This document shows, piece by piece, positions 1 through 7,319 of a stretch of 32,000 nt of DNA. Source of the stretch: Sinorhizobium meliloti (lineage in GTDB: Bacteria; Pseudomonadota; Alphaproteobacteria; Rhizobiales; Rhizobiaceae); assembly GCF_017876815.1 (NCBI RefSeq), contig NZ_JAGIOS010000001.1, positions 660,001 through 692,000 on the forward strand, given 5' to 3'. The notes below the pieces were generated by a model. That model had not been told where the DNA came from, did not search any database, and was given only the letters and a program-made list of their open reading frames with translations. A program made the translations under genes and the position numbers. Position 1 is the first letter of the stretch. Every line of letters starts with the position of its first letter.

Positions 1-524
1 TTGACACGTTTGCCATGGGCCTCCTCCGCCTTCTCGGCCGCAATCGCGAGCCGCTTTTCGGTCGGGTTGCGATCCTCCTCCGGCTTCTTTCGCGCCTCGA
101 TCGCCTTGTCTATGAACATCTGCTCGAATGCGTTCGGCTTGATGTAGGCAACCTCGCGCGCGATCCGGTCGCCGAGGCGCTGCGCGATCGCCGTCGCCTT
201 CGGGCCGCCGTTGGAAACATCCCAATGCGAACCGGTCCAGACGGCGAAGGCGGGCTGCTTCGCCTTCTCCTGCGCCAGGACGATGAAGTCCGTACCGAAG
301 TGTGTGATCAGCCGCTTGCCATTGTCAGTGTCGGAGTGGTCGAACTCAGCGCAATACTCGACGGCCGCTTCATTCGGCTTCAGATCGGCCGAGAGGTGAG
401 CCGGCGGCTCGTCCGAAGGACCAAGAGGGGTTTCGGGGTTTTCGGGCTCCCGCTGCGCGGAGAATTCTTCCAGTTTTTGCGCGACATCCTCAGGGAGGGT
501 CGGCCGCTTCTTGCGTTCCGCCAC
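1..524 (-). CDS. P4-family phage/plasmid primase-helicase, N-terminal part (continues past the window start)
   Basis: Absent from the ORF track because it runs off the edge. My minus-strand translation from GTG at 524 reads VAERKKRPTLPEDVAQKLEEF...AEFDHSDTDNGKRLITHFGTDFIVLAQEKAKQPAFAVWTGSHWDVSNGG... This is the D-x-G-N/K-x-x-R ... W-x-G-x-H-W N-terminal signature of P4-alpha/D5-type primase-helicases. It starts 1 nt after the stop of the upstream Toprim gene. Confidence 0.6.
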   Translation of the reverse strand, partial: MAERKKRPTLPEDVAQKLEEFSAQREPENPETPLGPSDEPPAHLSADLKPNEAAVEYCAEFDHSDTDNGKRLITHFGTDFIVLAQEKAKQPAFAVWTGSHWDVSNGGPKATAIAQRLGDRIAREVAYIKPNAFEQMFIDKAIEARKKPEEDRNPTEKRLAIAAEKAEEAHGKRV

Positions 525-525
525 G

Positions 526-1755
526 TCAATACCTCGTCATCAATGCTGAAAAATCCATGCCGACCGGTGGGCACCAGGTCTCGATCGTTCGGCCCTCTCG
601 GGCCAGACGCTTTTCGGCGCGCACCATCGCGGCCGCAGTGAAGACCGCTTCGCTGTCACCGTCGGCGAGCAGCACGAGCTCGGCGACGTGATCCGCCACC
701 TGCATCGCTTCATCGGGCGCCTGGTCGGCCTTAGGGACCGGCCCCGCGACCATCACACGCCTTTGCTTGCCGTTCTTGTCCGCCTTAGTCAGGCTCGGAT
801 GCGCAAAACGAGATTCTGGATCAGCTGGGCCGGTAAGGTTGCCGAGGTCGCCGGCCGCGAAATAGAAGGTGTCCTTCCGGAACCGCTCGGCGCCGGCGAT
901 TGCAAGGCCATTCTCGATACCTTCGCCACCAACCCATCGGTTCGACGACATCAGCCCAAAAAGCGGGATCAAGGAGCCACGTTTCGTGCCGCGCACCTTC
1001 TTCGTCGGCAGAGGCTCGCCCTTGTCGTCTCGGCCGAGATCCGGCCGGAACTTCGGCTCGAGGCTCATGTCGATCCATGTCTGGTGGCAACCGGTGACGT
1101 GCCCAGCCAGGTCGACGAAGGGCGCGACCATCGCCACGCCGACATGACGCGCGATTTCATGACCGCGATCGTCGCGGCCGTGCCAATAGGTGCAACGCGC
1201 ATTGCTGCGCAAATAAGCGAACACCACAGCTGGCATGTTATAGCCGGTGCGCGCCCTCAGATATGCGGCAACATCCGGATGCGGCTCGACCGAGGCATTG
1301 AAGAAGATGCCGCGCGATTGCTTCACTTCGCGGTCGCGATAGGCGTTGTTCTGCTTTTCTCGCTCGGCGGCCGCAGCCTCGTTCTTCGCCCTTTGCGCCG
1401 CGATCCGCTGGCGACGCTCGGCAATCTGGTCTTCGGTCTCGCGTTCGGCCTCATTCGGCAAAGGCTTGCCGAGGACCTCGGCGCAGGCCGTGAGAAAACC
1501 GGCGCGCGACCGCAGGTCGATATGCCCGGCATGGGCAACGAGGCTGATGCCGTCCTTGCCACCGATCCCGCAGCTGCGGCAGTTCCAGGCGCCCTTGATG
1601 CTGCTGATCGCAAAACGGTCCTTGCCCTGGCAGACCGGGCACGGCCCCGCGTGATTGCCCTTGAAGGTCGGGCCGACGAGGCCGAGCGAGAACGCTGCGT
1701 CGACGACGCTCACGCCGCGCGCTTCTTCGATGAAGAGCTCGATCGCGGTAGTCAT
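526..1755 (-). CDS. Zinc-finger / Toprim-domain primase-like protein
   Basis: N-terminal CPVCQGKDRF...WNCRSCG is a CHC2/P4-alpha type zinc-binding motif. The C-terminal GEGIENGLA ... LLADGDSE matches Toprim Glu and DxD motifs. Its ATG overlaps the upstream stop as ATGA (1752-1755). Confidence 0.75.
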   Translation of the reverse strand: MTTAIELFIEEARGVSVVDAAFSLGLVGPTFKGNHAGPCPVCQGKDRFAISSIKGAWNCRSCGIGGKDGISLVAHAGHIDLRSRAGFLTACAEVLGKPLPNEAERETEDQIAERRQRIAAQRAKNEAAAAEREKQNNAYRDREVKQSRGIFFNASVEPHPDVAAYLRARTGYNMPAVVFAYLRSNARCTYWHGRDDRGHEIARHVGVAMVAPFVDLAGHVTGCHQTWIDMSLEPKFRPDLGRDDKGEPLPTKKVRGTKRGSLIPLFGLMSSNRWVGGEGIENGLAIAGAERFRKDTFYFAAGDLGNLTGPADPESRFAHPSLTKADKNGKQRRVMVAGPVPKADQAPDEAMQVADHVAELVLLADGDSEAVFTAAAMVRAEKRLAREGRTIETWCPPVGMDFSALMTRY

Positions 1756-2087
1756 AGCGCACCTGCCGGCGCACTCGCCAAAACCGACGTACGCTCTGCG
1801 CCTGCGCGCAACGGCGCCAGATCACGATCGTCGGCGGCGCGGAAATGTCCGCAACGCTCAAGAGACGTCAGCGCGAGATAGAGCGGATGACGACCAGGCA
1901 GCGGCCAGAACATGCGGCCGAGGCTGATGAAGGCGGTGCCATCTTGCCAGCCGAGCAGCCCATACAAGGTGCTGATCAAGCGGATGCGGTTGAGGTTCGC
2001 TTCGACATCAATGCCGAAGGCTTGAGCCGTGCGGATGCATTCCGGCCGTGACGGCGCCACAACGAGGAGGATGCGCGGCCGCTCCAT
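1752..2087 (-). CDS. Hypothetical phage protein
   Basis: 111-aa ORF in the coupled leftward operon. ATG at 2087 shares one base with the upstream TGA (TGATG); the alternative GTG at 2090 gives a GTGA overlap. I recognise no motif. Confidence 0.45.
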   Translation of the reverse strand: MERPRILLVVAPSRPECIRTAQAFGIDVEANLNRIRLISTLYGLLGWQDGTAFISLGRMFWPLPGRHPLYLALTSLERCGHFRAADDRDLAPLRAGAERTSVLASAPAGAL

Positions 2088-2599
2088 CACGCCGCCTCGC
2101 GCCAGCGGGTGAGAGCAGCTTCACCCTTCAATGTCAGGCGCAGCACGGCCGGGACATTGGTGCGCCCTTCGCGCAGCTGGTCCACATAGCCGCCATCGCG
2201 CATCTTCTGCAGGATCGACAGCATGGCCTTTTGGCGCATGCCGATCGCGCGGGAAAGGTTCGCATAGGTGACGGTGACAGTCTTGTCATCGCCGGCCTCG
2301 ATATGGCCGAGCAGCGCTATACGGTACTTGCGCGCCAACGTGCTGCGGTTCTCGACCGACGCCTCGTCCTCGGCTTGGGGGGCACCTTTGAAGGGGTTGT
2401 GATTGAACGTCAACACGATGGCAGTGCGGACAGCAGCGGCCGGTACGCGCATCATCTCGGCAACATCCGGAAGAGCGATCCCCGCCTCGGCGGCCAAGAG
2501 ACAGAACTCTGTGCGCTGATAGGGTTCGAAGCGCGCGAAGTTGGCGGCGGTAACGAGACCCGGCTCGAAGAAACCAATCTTGGCTACTTGCTTTCCCAT
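2087..2599 (-). CDS. Hypothetical protein with a probable C-terminal winged-helix DNA-binding region
   Basis: The internal ATG at 2599 is preceded by AAGGAG (TGAAAGGAGCCGGACC-ATG). The C-terminus (ANLSRAIGMRQKAMLSILQKMRDGGYVDQLREGR...LTLKGEAAL) looks MarR/wHTH-like. The longer track ORF (to 2935) has an Arg/Ser/Ala-rich, non-protein-like N-terminus. Confidence 0.55.
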   Translation of the reverse strand: MGKQVAKIGFFEPGLVTAANFARFEPYQRTEFCLLAAEAGIALPDVAEMMRVPAAAVRTAIVLTFNHNPFKGAPQAEDEASVENRSTLARKYRIALLGHIEAGDDKTVTVTYANLSRAIGMRQKAMLSILQKMRDGGYVDQLREGRTNVPAVLRLTLKGEAALTRWREAA

Positions 2600-2612
2600 G
2601 GTCCGGCTCCTT

Positions 2613-2984
2613 TCAGGTGAATTGCTGGACGAGGCTTGGACGAGCAGCGGCTGCCATCGGCGGCATCGCTGAGGGTTCGGGTCTGGCGGGTTTAGCGCCG
2701 CCCTTGCGCTTGGCGATCCATGCGGAAAGCCGCTGCCAATCCTCATCACTGAGGAAGATGATGCCGCCGAACATGCGGCGCTCACGCCAGGACAATTCCT
2801 GTACGGACGCACCGGGACCAAACCACGCGCCGATGCACTTCGCGCCGTCAGGAAGGCGGAGGATCTCGACAGGGTCGCTGATGACGCGGCACCAAACCGG
2901 CGCATTGGTCGTCGCGCAACCGAGCGTCTCTCCAAGGGCGCGCTCCGGATCGTTGGTGACGATGAAGAGGCGGATCTGGCTCAT
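2613..2984 (-). CDS. Hypothetical phage protein
   Basis: Start MSQIRLFIVTNDPERALG at 2984, overlapping the upstream stop as ATGA (2981-2984). The longer track version (to 3134) is Arg-rich junk that overlaps the neighbouring gene. Confidence 0.5.
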   Translation of the reverse strand: MSQIRLFIVTNDPERALGETLGCATTNAPVWCRVISDPVEILRLPDGAKCIGAWFGPGASVQELSWRERRMFGGIIFLSDEDWQRLSAWIAKRKGGAKPARPEPSAMPPMAAAARPSLVQQFT

Positions 2985-3250
2985 TCGGCGGCCTCGAGCA
3001 GATCGAAGAGGCTCGGCATCGCCATCTCGCGCGCCGCCGCCTCGACATACTTGCAACCGTCGGAGAAATAGGCCGGGTTCAGTTCGACCGCGAAGGCGGC
3101 GAAGATCGCGCGGCGTCCGCCGGCGCACGCCCACTTCACGATGGCGCGTTGATGGCCCTTGAGAAGAGGATTGATCTCGGCGTCGACCTCGAAACCGCCG
3201 GCCGGCGCCATCTGGATCTTGTCGGCGAGAAAGGCGGCGTAATCCATCAT
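2981..3250 (-). CDS. Small ORF, possibly an in-frame deletion remnant of a helicase / DNA-methyltransferase gene
   Basis: The N-terminal half (LLKGHQRAIVKWACAGGRRAIFAAF) resembles the stretch just before the Walker A motif of phage SNF2/DEAD-type helicases. The C-terminal half (AVELNPAYFSDGCKYVEAAAREMAMPSLFD) resembles the extreme C-terminus of N4/N6 DNA methyltransferases. ATGA overlap with the upstream stop (3247-3250). Confidence 0.4.
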   Translation of the reverse strand: MMDYAAFLADKIQMAPAGGFEVDAEINPLLKGHQRAIVKWACAGGRRAIFAAFAVELNPAYFSDGCKYVEAAAREMAMPSLFDLLEAAE

Positions 3251-3426
3251 TGCGCCTTTCCGTCCATCAGGTCGGCAATGCGCTGCATGCTGACCTCGAC
3301 CCCGGCGCCATCGCGCCAGGCCTTCACGGTCTTGCGGATGGCGCGCAGCAATTCCTTCCGCTGCAGGCCCTTTTCCGAGCGAAGGCGATCACGATCGCGG
3401 CGGGTCTGATGATGTGGCTCGTTCAT
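3247..3426 (-). CDS. Hypothetical small basic phage protein
   Basis: Start MNEPHHQTRRDRDRLR at 3426, overlapping the upstream stop as ATGA (3423-3426). 59 aa. Confidence 0.45.
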   Translation of the reverse strand: MNEPHHQTRRDRDRLRSEKGLQRKELLRAIRKTVKAWRDGAGVEVSMQRIADLMDGKAQ

Positions 3427-3701
3427 CGCGCGGCCTCCGCCTGCCATCGTGGCGTTACGCCGGCGATTGCATAGATGGCGGCGGCCTCGCTGCGCAGACG
3501 CTTTGAAGTCGAAAGGCCGTAATCTCCGGAAACGAGACCGGCACCAGCCAAAGCATGACGTTCGTCAGCCATGGCAAGCGCCTTGGCGACAGGCACCTTG
3601 CCCTGTCCCTCACAACGCGGGCACGGGCCGGTGATCCAGCCGAGTTTCCCAGTCCCACGGCAGCCCAGGCAAACGATCCGAGTGATCCGTACCTTCGTCA
3701 T
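3423..3701 (-). CDS. Small DnaJ-type zinc-finger protein
   Basis: CLGCRGTGK ... CPRCEGQGK are two CxxCxGxG repeats. ATGA overlap with the upstream stop (3698-3701). Confidence 0.55.
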   Translation of the reverse strand: MTKVRITRIVCLGCRGTGKLGWITGPCPRCEGQGKVPVAKALAMADERHALAGAGLVSGDYGLSTSKRLRSEAAAIYAIAGVTPRWQAEAAR

Positions 3702-4174
3702 GCCGCACCGCCGATGCGCTGCTGGAGCGCCTGGAGTGCTTTGATCGCCTCGTCGATCTCGCGGGTGATTTCCTTCTTCTCGCGGCCGTCGACATGATCG
3801 TCGTCGAGTGCGTCGCCCACGGCGCGCACAACGTCCATCAAATCGGAGTTGAGGCGCACCAGGTCCCTGTGCGTTGGCGGCGCCAGAGCGACCGACAGAT
3901 CAGCGCCCTCGACGATCGGGGTCACCCGGTAACCGACAATGTCTGCCATGGCGGAGAGGATGATCGGCGAGCCCGCCTCGATGTCCGCCTCTACTGCGAC
4001 ATCGATCGGCAGGAACTTTTCGGCGTTCTCCTCGCCGGTCGAGCCACACTTCGAGAGTTGCGCAGACCGGATGCGCGTGACGTGCTGAAAGGCGTCGCCG
4101 CCGCCAGCCATATCGACCGATCGGCGGGTCGCGGCCTTCAGCGTCAGGCCCTGTTTGTCAGAAATAGTGCGCAA
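3698..4174 (-). CDS. Phage regulatory protein, CII/YdaT-like (tentative)
   Basis: Second gene after the Cro-like gene, as in ydaS-ydaT / cro-cII modules, with an acidic helical C-terminus (REKKEITREIDEAIKALQALQQRI). Start uncertain: TTG at 4174 sits 5 nt after GGGAGG; the track start is TTG 4195; the next ATG is at 4111. Confidence 0.45.
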   Translation of the reverse strand: MRTISDKQGLTLKAATRRSVDMAGGGDAFQHVTRIRSAQLSKCGSTGEENAEKFLPIDVAVEADIEAGSPIILSAMADIVGYRVTPIVEGADLSVALAPPTHRDLVRLNSDLMDVVRAVGDALDDDHVDGREKKEITREIDEAIKALQALQQRIGGAA

Positions 4175-4293
4175 GCCATCCTCCCTGAAAATCAAGGAAA
4201 TCGTTTCCAGAAGTCTTTCCGTGAAAGGCGCCCGTCGCGCCCGTAAGGTCAGCCCATCAGATCAAGGGGGACCACATGCAAACCAACGCACCA

Positions 4294-4503
4294 TCATTCC
4301 GCAGCCTCCGAGGGCGGATAGAAATCCGGACGCAGTACGTGACGAGAGACGCCACTGATGCGCTCGACCGAGAGGACACGGCTAACCGGAACGCGCTGCC
4401 ACTGAAGGACAGCCGCGGGAGTGATACCGAGTTTTCGCGCCAGTTCGCTCGCGCTTCCCACGCGGTCGATCGCCAACGCTAGTGAAGGGTCAATCGTCGT
4501 CAT
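4294..4503 (-). CDS. Cro / YdaS-family HTH regulator
   Basis: MTTIDPSLALAIDRVGSASELARKLGITPAAVLQWQRVPVSRVLSVERISGVSRHVLRPDFY matches the YdaS/Cro pattern (G-s-x-LA-x-lG-x-x-x-aV-x-W ... LRPD). Divergent from the CI-like gene. There is no SD, and a -10-like TATATC ends 5 nt before the ATG, so the mRNA is possibly leaderless. Confidence 0.7.
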   Translation of the reverse strand: MTTIDPSLALAIDRVGSASELARKLGITPAAVLQWQRVPVSRVLSVERISGVSRHVLRPDFYPPSEAAE

Positions 4504-4585
4504 GCACAGATATAAGCAGAACTTAGAAAAAGACACAAGCGATAATTACATAGACCAAGAAGCCGTGATTAGACCAGTTATAAGC
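4504..4585. promoter_or_regulatory. Divergent cI-like / cro-like control region with operator-like motifs
   Basis: AT-rich 82-bp spacer. It contains ATGTAATTATCGCTT (minus strand, 4551-4537) and GCTTATATCTGT (minus strand, 4517-4506), both repeated at 5640-5662. TATAAGC occurs at 4511-4517 and 4579-4585. Candidate minus-strand promoter: TTGTGT (4538-4533) - 18 nt - TATATC (4514-4509). Confidence 0.55.
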
Positions 4586-5281
4586 ATGGCTAAAGGCGAA
4601 CTGGCGATCCAAATCGGAACTGCAATCAGGACGGCGCGCAAACGTCGCGGCCTCGTTCAGCGCAACATTGCCGAGCATTTGGGGATCGATGTTGCGGCCG
4701 TCGGCATGTGGGAAGGCGGGCGCAATCTCCCGAGCACCGAGAACTTGATGCGGGCGGCACTCTTTCTTGGCATCAATCCGGTCGCCCTGGCGCGCGGTGA
4801 ACTCGTCTACATAAATGGGACCGATGATCTCGCCGACGCCGAGATCATATCAGATCCATCGCCGCCTCCGACCGGACCGATGGATGTAAAGCTTCTCGGT
4901 GTCAGCTATGGCGGCGACGATGGCGATTTCACATTCAACGGCGAAGTGGCCGGCTACGTCCGCAGGCCTCCGGGCATCGCCTCACTGCACAACGTTTTCG
5001 CGCTGCATGTTCTGAGTGACAGCATGGTCCCGCGTTACGATCCGGGCGACATAATCTATTGCGGCGGGCGCGATGCCGTGCCTGGAGACCACGTAGTGGT
5101 CGAGATGTTCGGGGAATCCGAAGATCAACCCGGCAAATCGTTTATCAAACGGCTGAAGCAGCGCACGACGAAGCAAATCATCGTCGACCAATACAACCCG
5201 GCCAAGGAAATCATCTTCGACCGGTATCAGGTCAAAAACCTTTGGCGCGTAATCCCGTTGAAAGAGCTGCTTGGTTTCTAA
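4586..5281 (+). CDS. CI/LexA-like phage repressor (XRE HTH + S24 peptidase domain)
   Basis: N-terminal IRTARKRRGLVQRNIAEHLGIDVAAVGMWEGGRNLPS is an XRE-type HTH. The C-terminus has LSDSMVPRYDPGDIIY (catalytic Ser) and SFIKRLK (catalytic Lys). Start taken at ATG 4586; the track ORF begins at 4421, which would overlap the cro-like gene. Confidence 0.85.
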   Translation: MAKGELAIQIGTAIRTARKRRGLVQRNIAEHLGIDVAAVGMWEGGRNLPSTENLMRAALFLGINPVALARGELVYINGTDDLADAEIISDPSPPPTGPMDVKLLGVSYGGDDGDFTFNGEVAGYVRRPPGIASLHNVFALHVLSDSMVPRYDPGDIIYCGGRDAVPGDHVVVEMFGESEDQPGKSFIKRLKQRTTKQIIVDQYNPAKEIIFDRYQVKNLWRVIPLKELLGF

Positions 5282-5531
5282 GAACCTCTGCTTCGGCGCG
5301 GAGCCTATCCGCATCGTGATTGAAGTACACCTGAACTGACACGTTCTTTCCGGGCAGCCCGCTCTCACGGCACGCTGAGCAACTGAACTTCTTCGCAACG
5401 ACCGACAGCGCCGTGTGCAGCGTCACTCCATGGCAAAGCATCTGTTCAGGCGTCCGCCACCGGTTGCGCCCGCAGTCTGCACACTCAATACCTAGCCGAC
5501 TGGCCTGCCCCAACAAAACGCCAGATGACAT
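5232..5531 (-). CDS. Hypothetical Cys-rich (CxxC ... CxxC) small protein
   Basis: 99 aa with ECADCGRNRW ... FSCSACRES. GAGGTG lies 8 nt upstream of the ATG. Convergent with the repressor gene and overlapping its 3' end by 50 nt. Confidence 0.45.
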   Translation of the reverse strand: MSSGVLLGQASRLGIECADCGRNRWRTPEQMLCHGVTLHTALSVVAKKFSCSACRESGLPGKNVSVQVYFNHDADRLRAEAEVLRNQAALSTGLRAKGF

Positions 5532-5688
5532 CGTTGCCGCACCTCATGTTCTCGATGTGTTCACATAATTGATTCTTTACCTTTAAGAGTCCAGAGCCAT
5601 TCGACCTAAGTTTTGCTTATAATTTCCACTTGCAAGCAAATGTAATTATCGCTTATATCTGTCAGCCTCGAAACGGAGGCTAGCCGAT
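5532..5688. promoter_or_regulatory. Second divergent control region, probable early rightward promoter/operator
   Basis: AT-rich. TTGCAA (5630-5635) - 18 nt - TATATC (5654-5659) faces the 5689 gene, with GGAGG at 5675-5679. The spacer and -10 carry ATGTAATTATCGCTTATATCTGT (5640-5662), the same words as in 4506-4551. An extra GCTTATAA sits at 5615-5622. Confidence 0.55.
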
Positions 5689-5925
5689 ATGAACCGAATT
5701 CAACGCCATTCCGAAACCGCCGCCGCCAAGATTGCCGCGGCACCTCGCTGCGTTCGATCACTCGAAGAGCGCCTGGCCGACGACATGCGCGAACTGGCCT
5801 TCTCCGGCCAAGACGTCAGCGTTGAGATGCTGAAGTACCGCGGCTGGTCTGAGCCGACCCTTAAGCGCCTCCTGCCTGAAGCCGCGAAGATCGCCCGCCG
5901 TCAGTCTGTCCGTCAGGTCGCCTGA
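5689..5925 (+). CDS. Hypothetical phage protein (first gene of the rightward operon)
   Basis: 78-aa ORF with a GGAGG SD about 9 nt upstream. No recognisable motif. Confidence 0.5.
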   Translation: MNRIQRHSETAAAKIAAAPRCVRSLEERLADDMRELAFSGQDVSVEMLKYRGWSEPTLKRLLPEAAKIARRQSVRQVA

Positions 5926-5926
5926 C

Positions 5927-6127
5927 ATGGACAATCACTTCACCCCCTTTGGCGGTCGCGTTGATCCTCCCAAGCAGATCACCCTTCGCGAACCGCCCCT
6001 CTGGACGTACCGCATTGTCGCGATCCTCTTCGCGCTCTGCTGTGCGTCCGGAGGCTGGCTCGCCAATGACACAGTCGATGCTCTCGTCAGCCTTGACCGT
6101 GATTACGCCTCCATGGATCGGAGGTGA
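5927..6127 (+). CDS. Small hypothetical membrane protein
   Basis: 66 aa with one hydrophobic helix (WTYRIVAILFALCCASGGWLA). Starts 1 nt after the previous stop. Confidence 0.45.
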   Translation: MDNHFTPFGGRVDPPKQITLREPPLWTYRIVAILFALCCASGGWLANDTVDALVSLDRDYASMDRR

Positions 6128-6129
6128 GC

Positions 6130-6810
6130 ATGGCCGCAACCGCCCGCCTCGCTGACGATGCAATCACGACCGTCTGGGTGGGCGGATCGAGCATCGATTT
6201 GTCGTGCCCCGATCCGGCCATCGTCTGCTTTCGCGAGATCGGCAACACCCTTTCCAAGATCGCCCGCTTCAACGGCCGCTACGAGGGCCCGCTCTACTCG
6301 GTCGCCCAGCATTGCGTCGTCGGTGCGCAGGCATTGATAAATGAGGGCGAGAGCGCCATGCACGCGGCGCTCTTCCTGCTGCATGATGCGCATGAATGGA
6401 TCCTCGGTGATCTCATCACGCCGGCTGCGAAGCTATACGCCGCAGTCGGCCGCGAGCTCTATGGCGAAGCTAACGTCCTCGACGCGATCGGAGCCTGCAA
6501 AGCCGCATGGGATGAAGCGATCTATTTCGCGGCCGGTCTCCCCGGCCCCGAAGCCTGGAGCCGAAAGCAGCGCGCCACCGTCGAGAACATGGACAAGCGC
6601 ATGCAGCTTGCCGAGGCCGTCGCCCTCTTCGGTCCGCGCGCGGCCGCGCACTTCCCCAAATCCGAAACTCCAAAGCTGACCGGCGCCATCAAACCATGGC
6701 CGCCGATGAAGGCCGAGGAAGAGTTCAGAAAACTGGCCTACCGCCTGATCGGCGAGGATCGCGTGCTCGAATGTGCCTCGATCGTCGCCGCCAACAGAGC
6801 CTTGAGGTGA
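6130..6810 (+). CDS. HD-domain phosphohydrolase-like protein
   Basis: SVAQHCVVGA ... ALFLLHDAHEWILGDLITPAAK fits the H...HD...D metal-binding pattern of HD hydrolases. ATG 6130 lies about 6 nt after GGAGG; the track start is GTG 6124. Confidence 0.6.
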   Translation: MAATARLADDAITTVWVGGSSIDLSCPDPAIVCFREIGNTLSKIARFNGRYEGPLYSVAQHCVVGAQALINEGESAMHAALFLLHDAHEWILGDLITPAAKLYAAVGRELYGEANVLDAIGACKAAWDEAIYFAAGLPGPEAWSRKQRATVENMDKRMQLAEAVALFGPRAAAHFPKSETPKLTGAIKPWPPMKAEEEFRKLAYRLIGEDRVLECASIVAANRALR

Positions 6811-6813
6811 CTT

Positions 6814-7308
6814 GTGTCTGGCTATCTCAACGAAGTAACCCTGATCGGTAACTTGGGCGCCGATCCTGAAATCCGCCGCACCCAGGACGGCCGGCCGATC
6901 GCCAGCCTCCGGCTTGCAACCACCGAGAGCTGGCGCGACCGCAACACCGGCGAGAAGCGCGAGAAGACGGAGTGGCATAGCGTCGTCGTCTTCAATGAAC
7001 GGCTCTGCAAGGTCATCGAGCAGTACGTCCACAAGGGCGATAAGATCCTCGTGAGAGGCCAGCTCGCCACCCGCAAATGGCAGGATCAGAACGGCAACGA
7101 CCGTTACTCGACCGAAATCGTGCTGCAGGGCTTCAACGCGTTCCTGACCATGCTGTTGGGCCGCCGCGAAGGCTTCAGCTACCGCGCCGGCGATGGCGCT
7201 TCCGACTATGGCTATGACGGCGACCGTGCCGCCGGCTCTTCCTCCTCTTCCAGACAGTCCACCGGTCCCGGCTCGAGCCGTGACTTCAACGACGACATTC
7301 CCTTTTGA
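6814..7308 (+). CDS. ssb: Single-stranded DNA-binding protein
   Basis: Canonical OB-fold N-terminus ([38 protein letters not shown]...TEWHSVVVF), a Gly/Ser-rich linker and a C-terminal DDIPF tip. GTG start after GAGG. Confidence 0.9.
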   Translation: MSGYLNEVTLIGNLGADPEIRRTQDGRPIASLRLATTESWRDRNTGEKREKTEWHSVVVFNERLCKVIEQYVHKGDKILVRGQLATRKWQDQNGNDRYSTEIVLQGFNAFLTMLLGRREGFSYRAGDGASDYGYDGDRAAGSSSSSRQSTGPGSSRDFNDDIPF

Positions 7309-7319
7309 CGGAGACGACG

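Noticed and set aside
15-1881. Plus-strand ORFs 15-641 and 688-1881 at the left edge.
   Set aside because: They are antisense to the primase-helicase and Zn-finger/Toprim genes, whose translations carry clear motifs. The composition is Arg/Leu-rich with no SD.
2087-3134. The long N-terminal extensions of track ORFs 2087-2935 and 2613-3134. The same applies to 4421-5281, 7989-9215, 10203-11429, 13251-13763, 16576-16878, 18153-19553, 19573-20229 and 20518-21870.
   Set aside because: The extensions overlap neighbouring genes or consist of Arg/Ser/Pro-rich sequence. Internal starts with an SD or an ATGA overlap give proteins that begin where family homology or a signal peptide begins.
4223-4241. 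GGCGC-N5-GCGCC hairpin between the cro-like and CII-like genes as a lambda tR1-style terminator.
   Set aside because: It has only a 5-bp stem and a 3-nt T run (TTTC), which is too weak to call without transcript 3'-end data.
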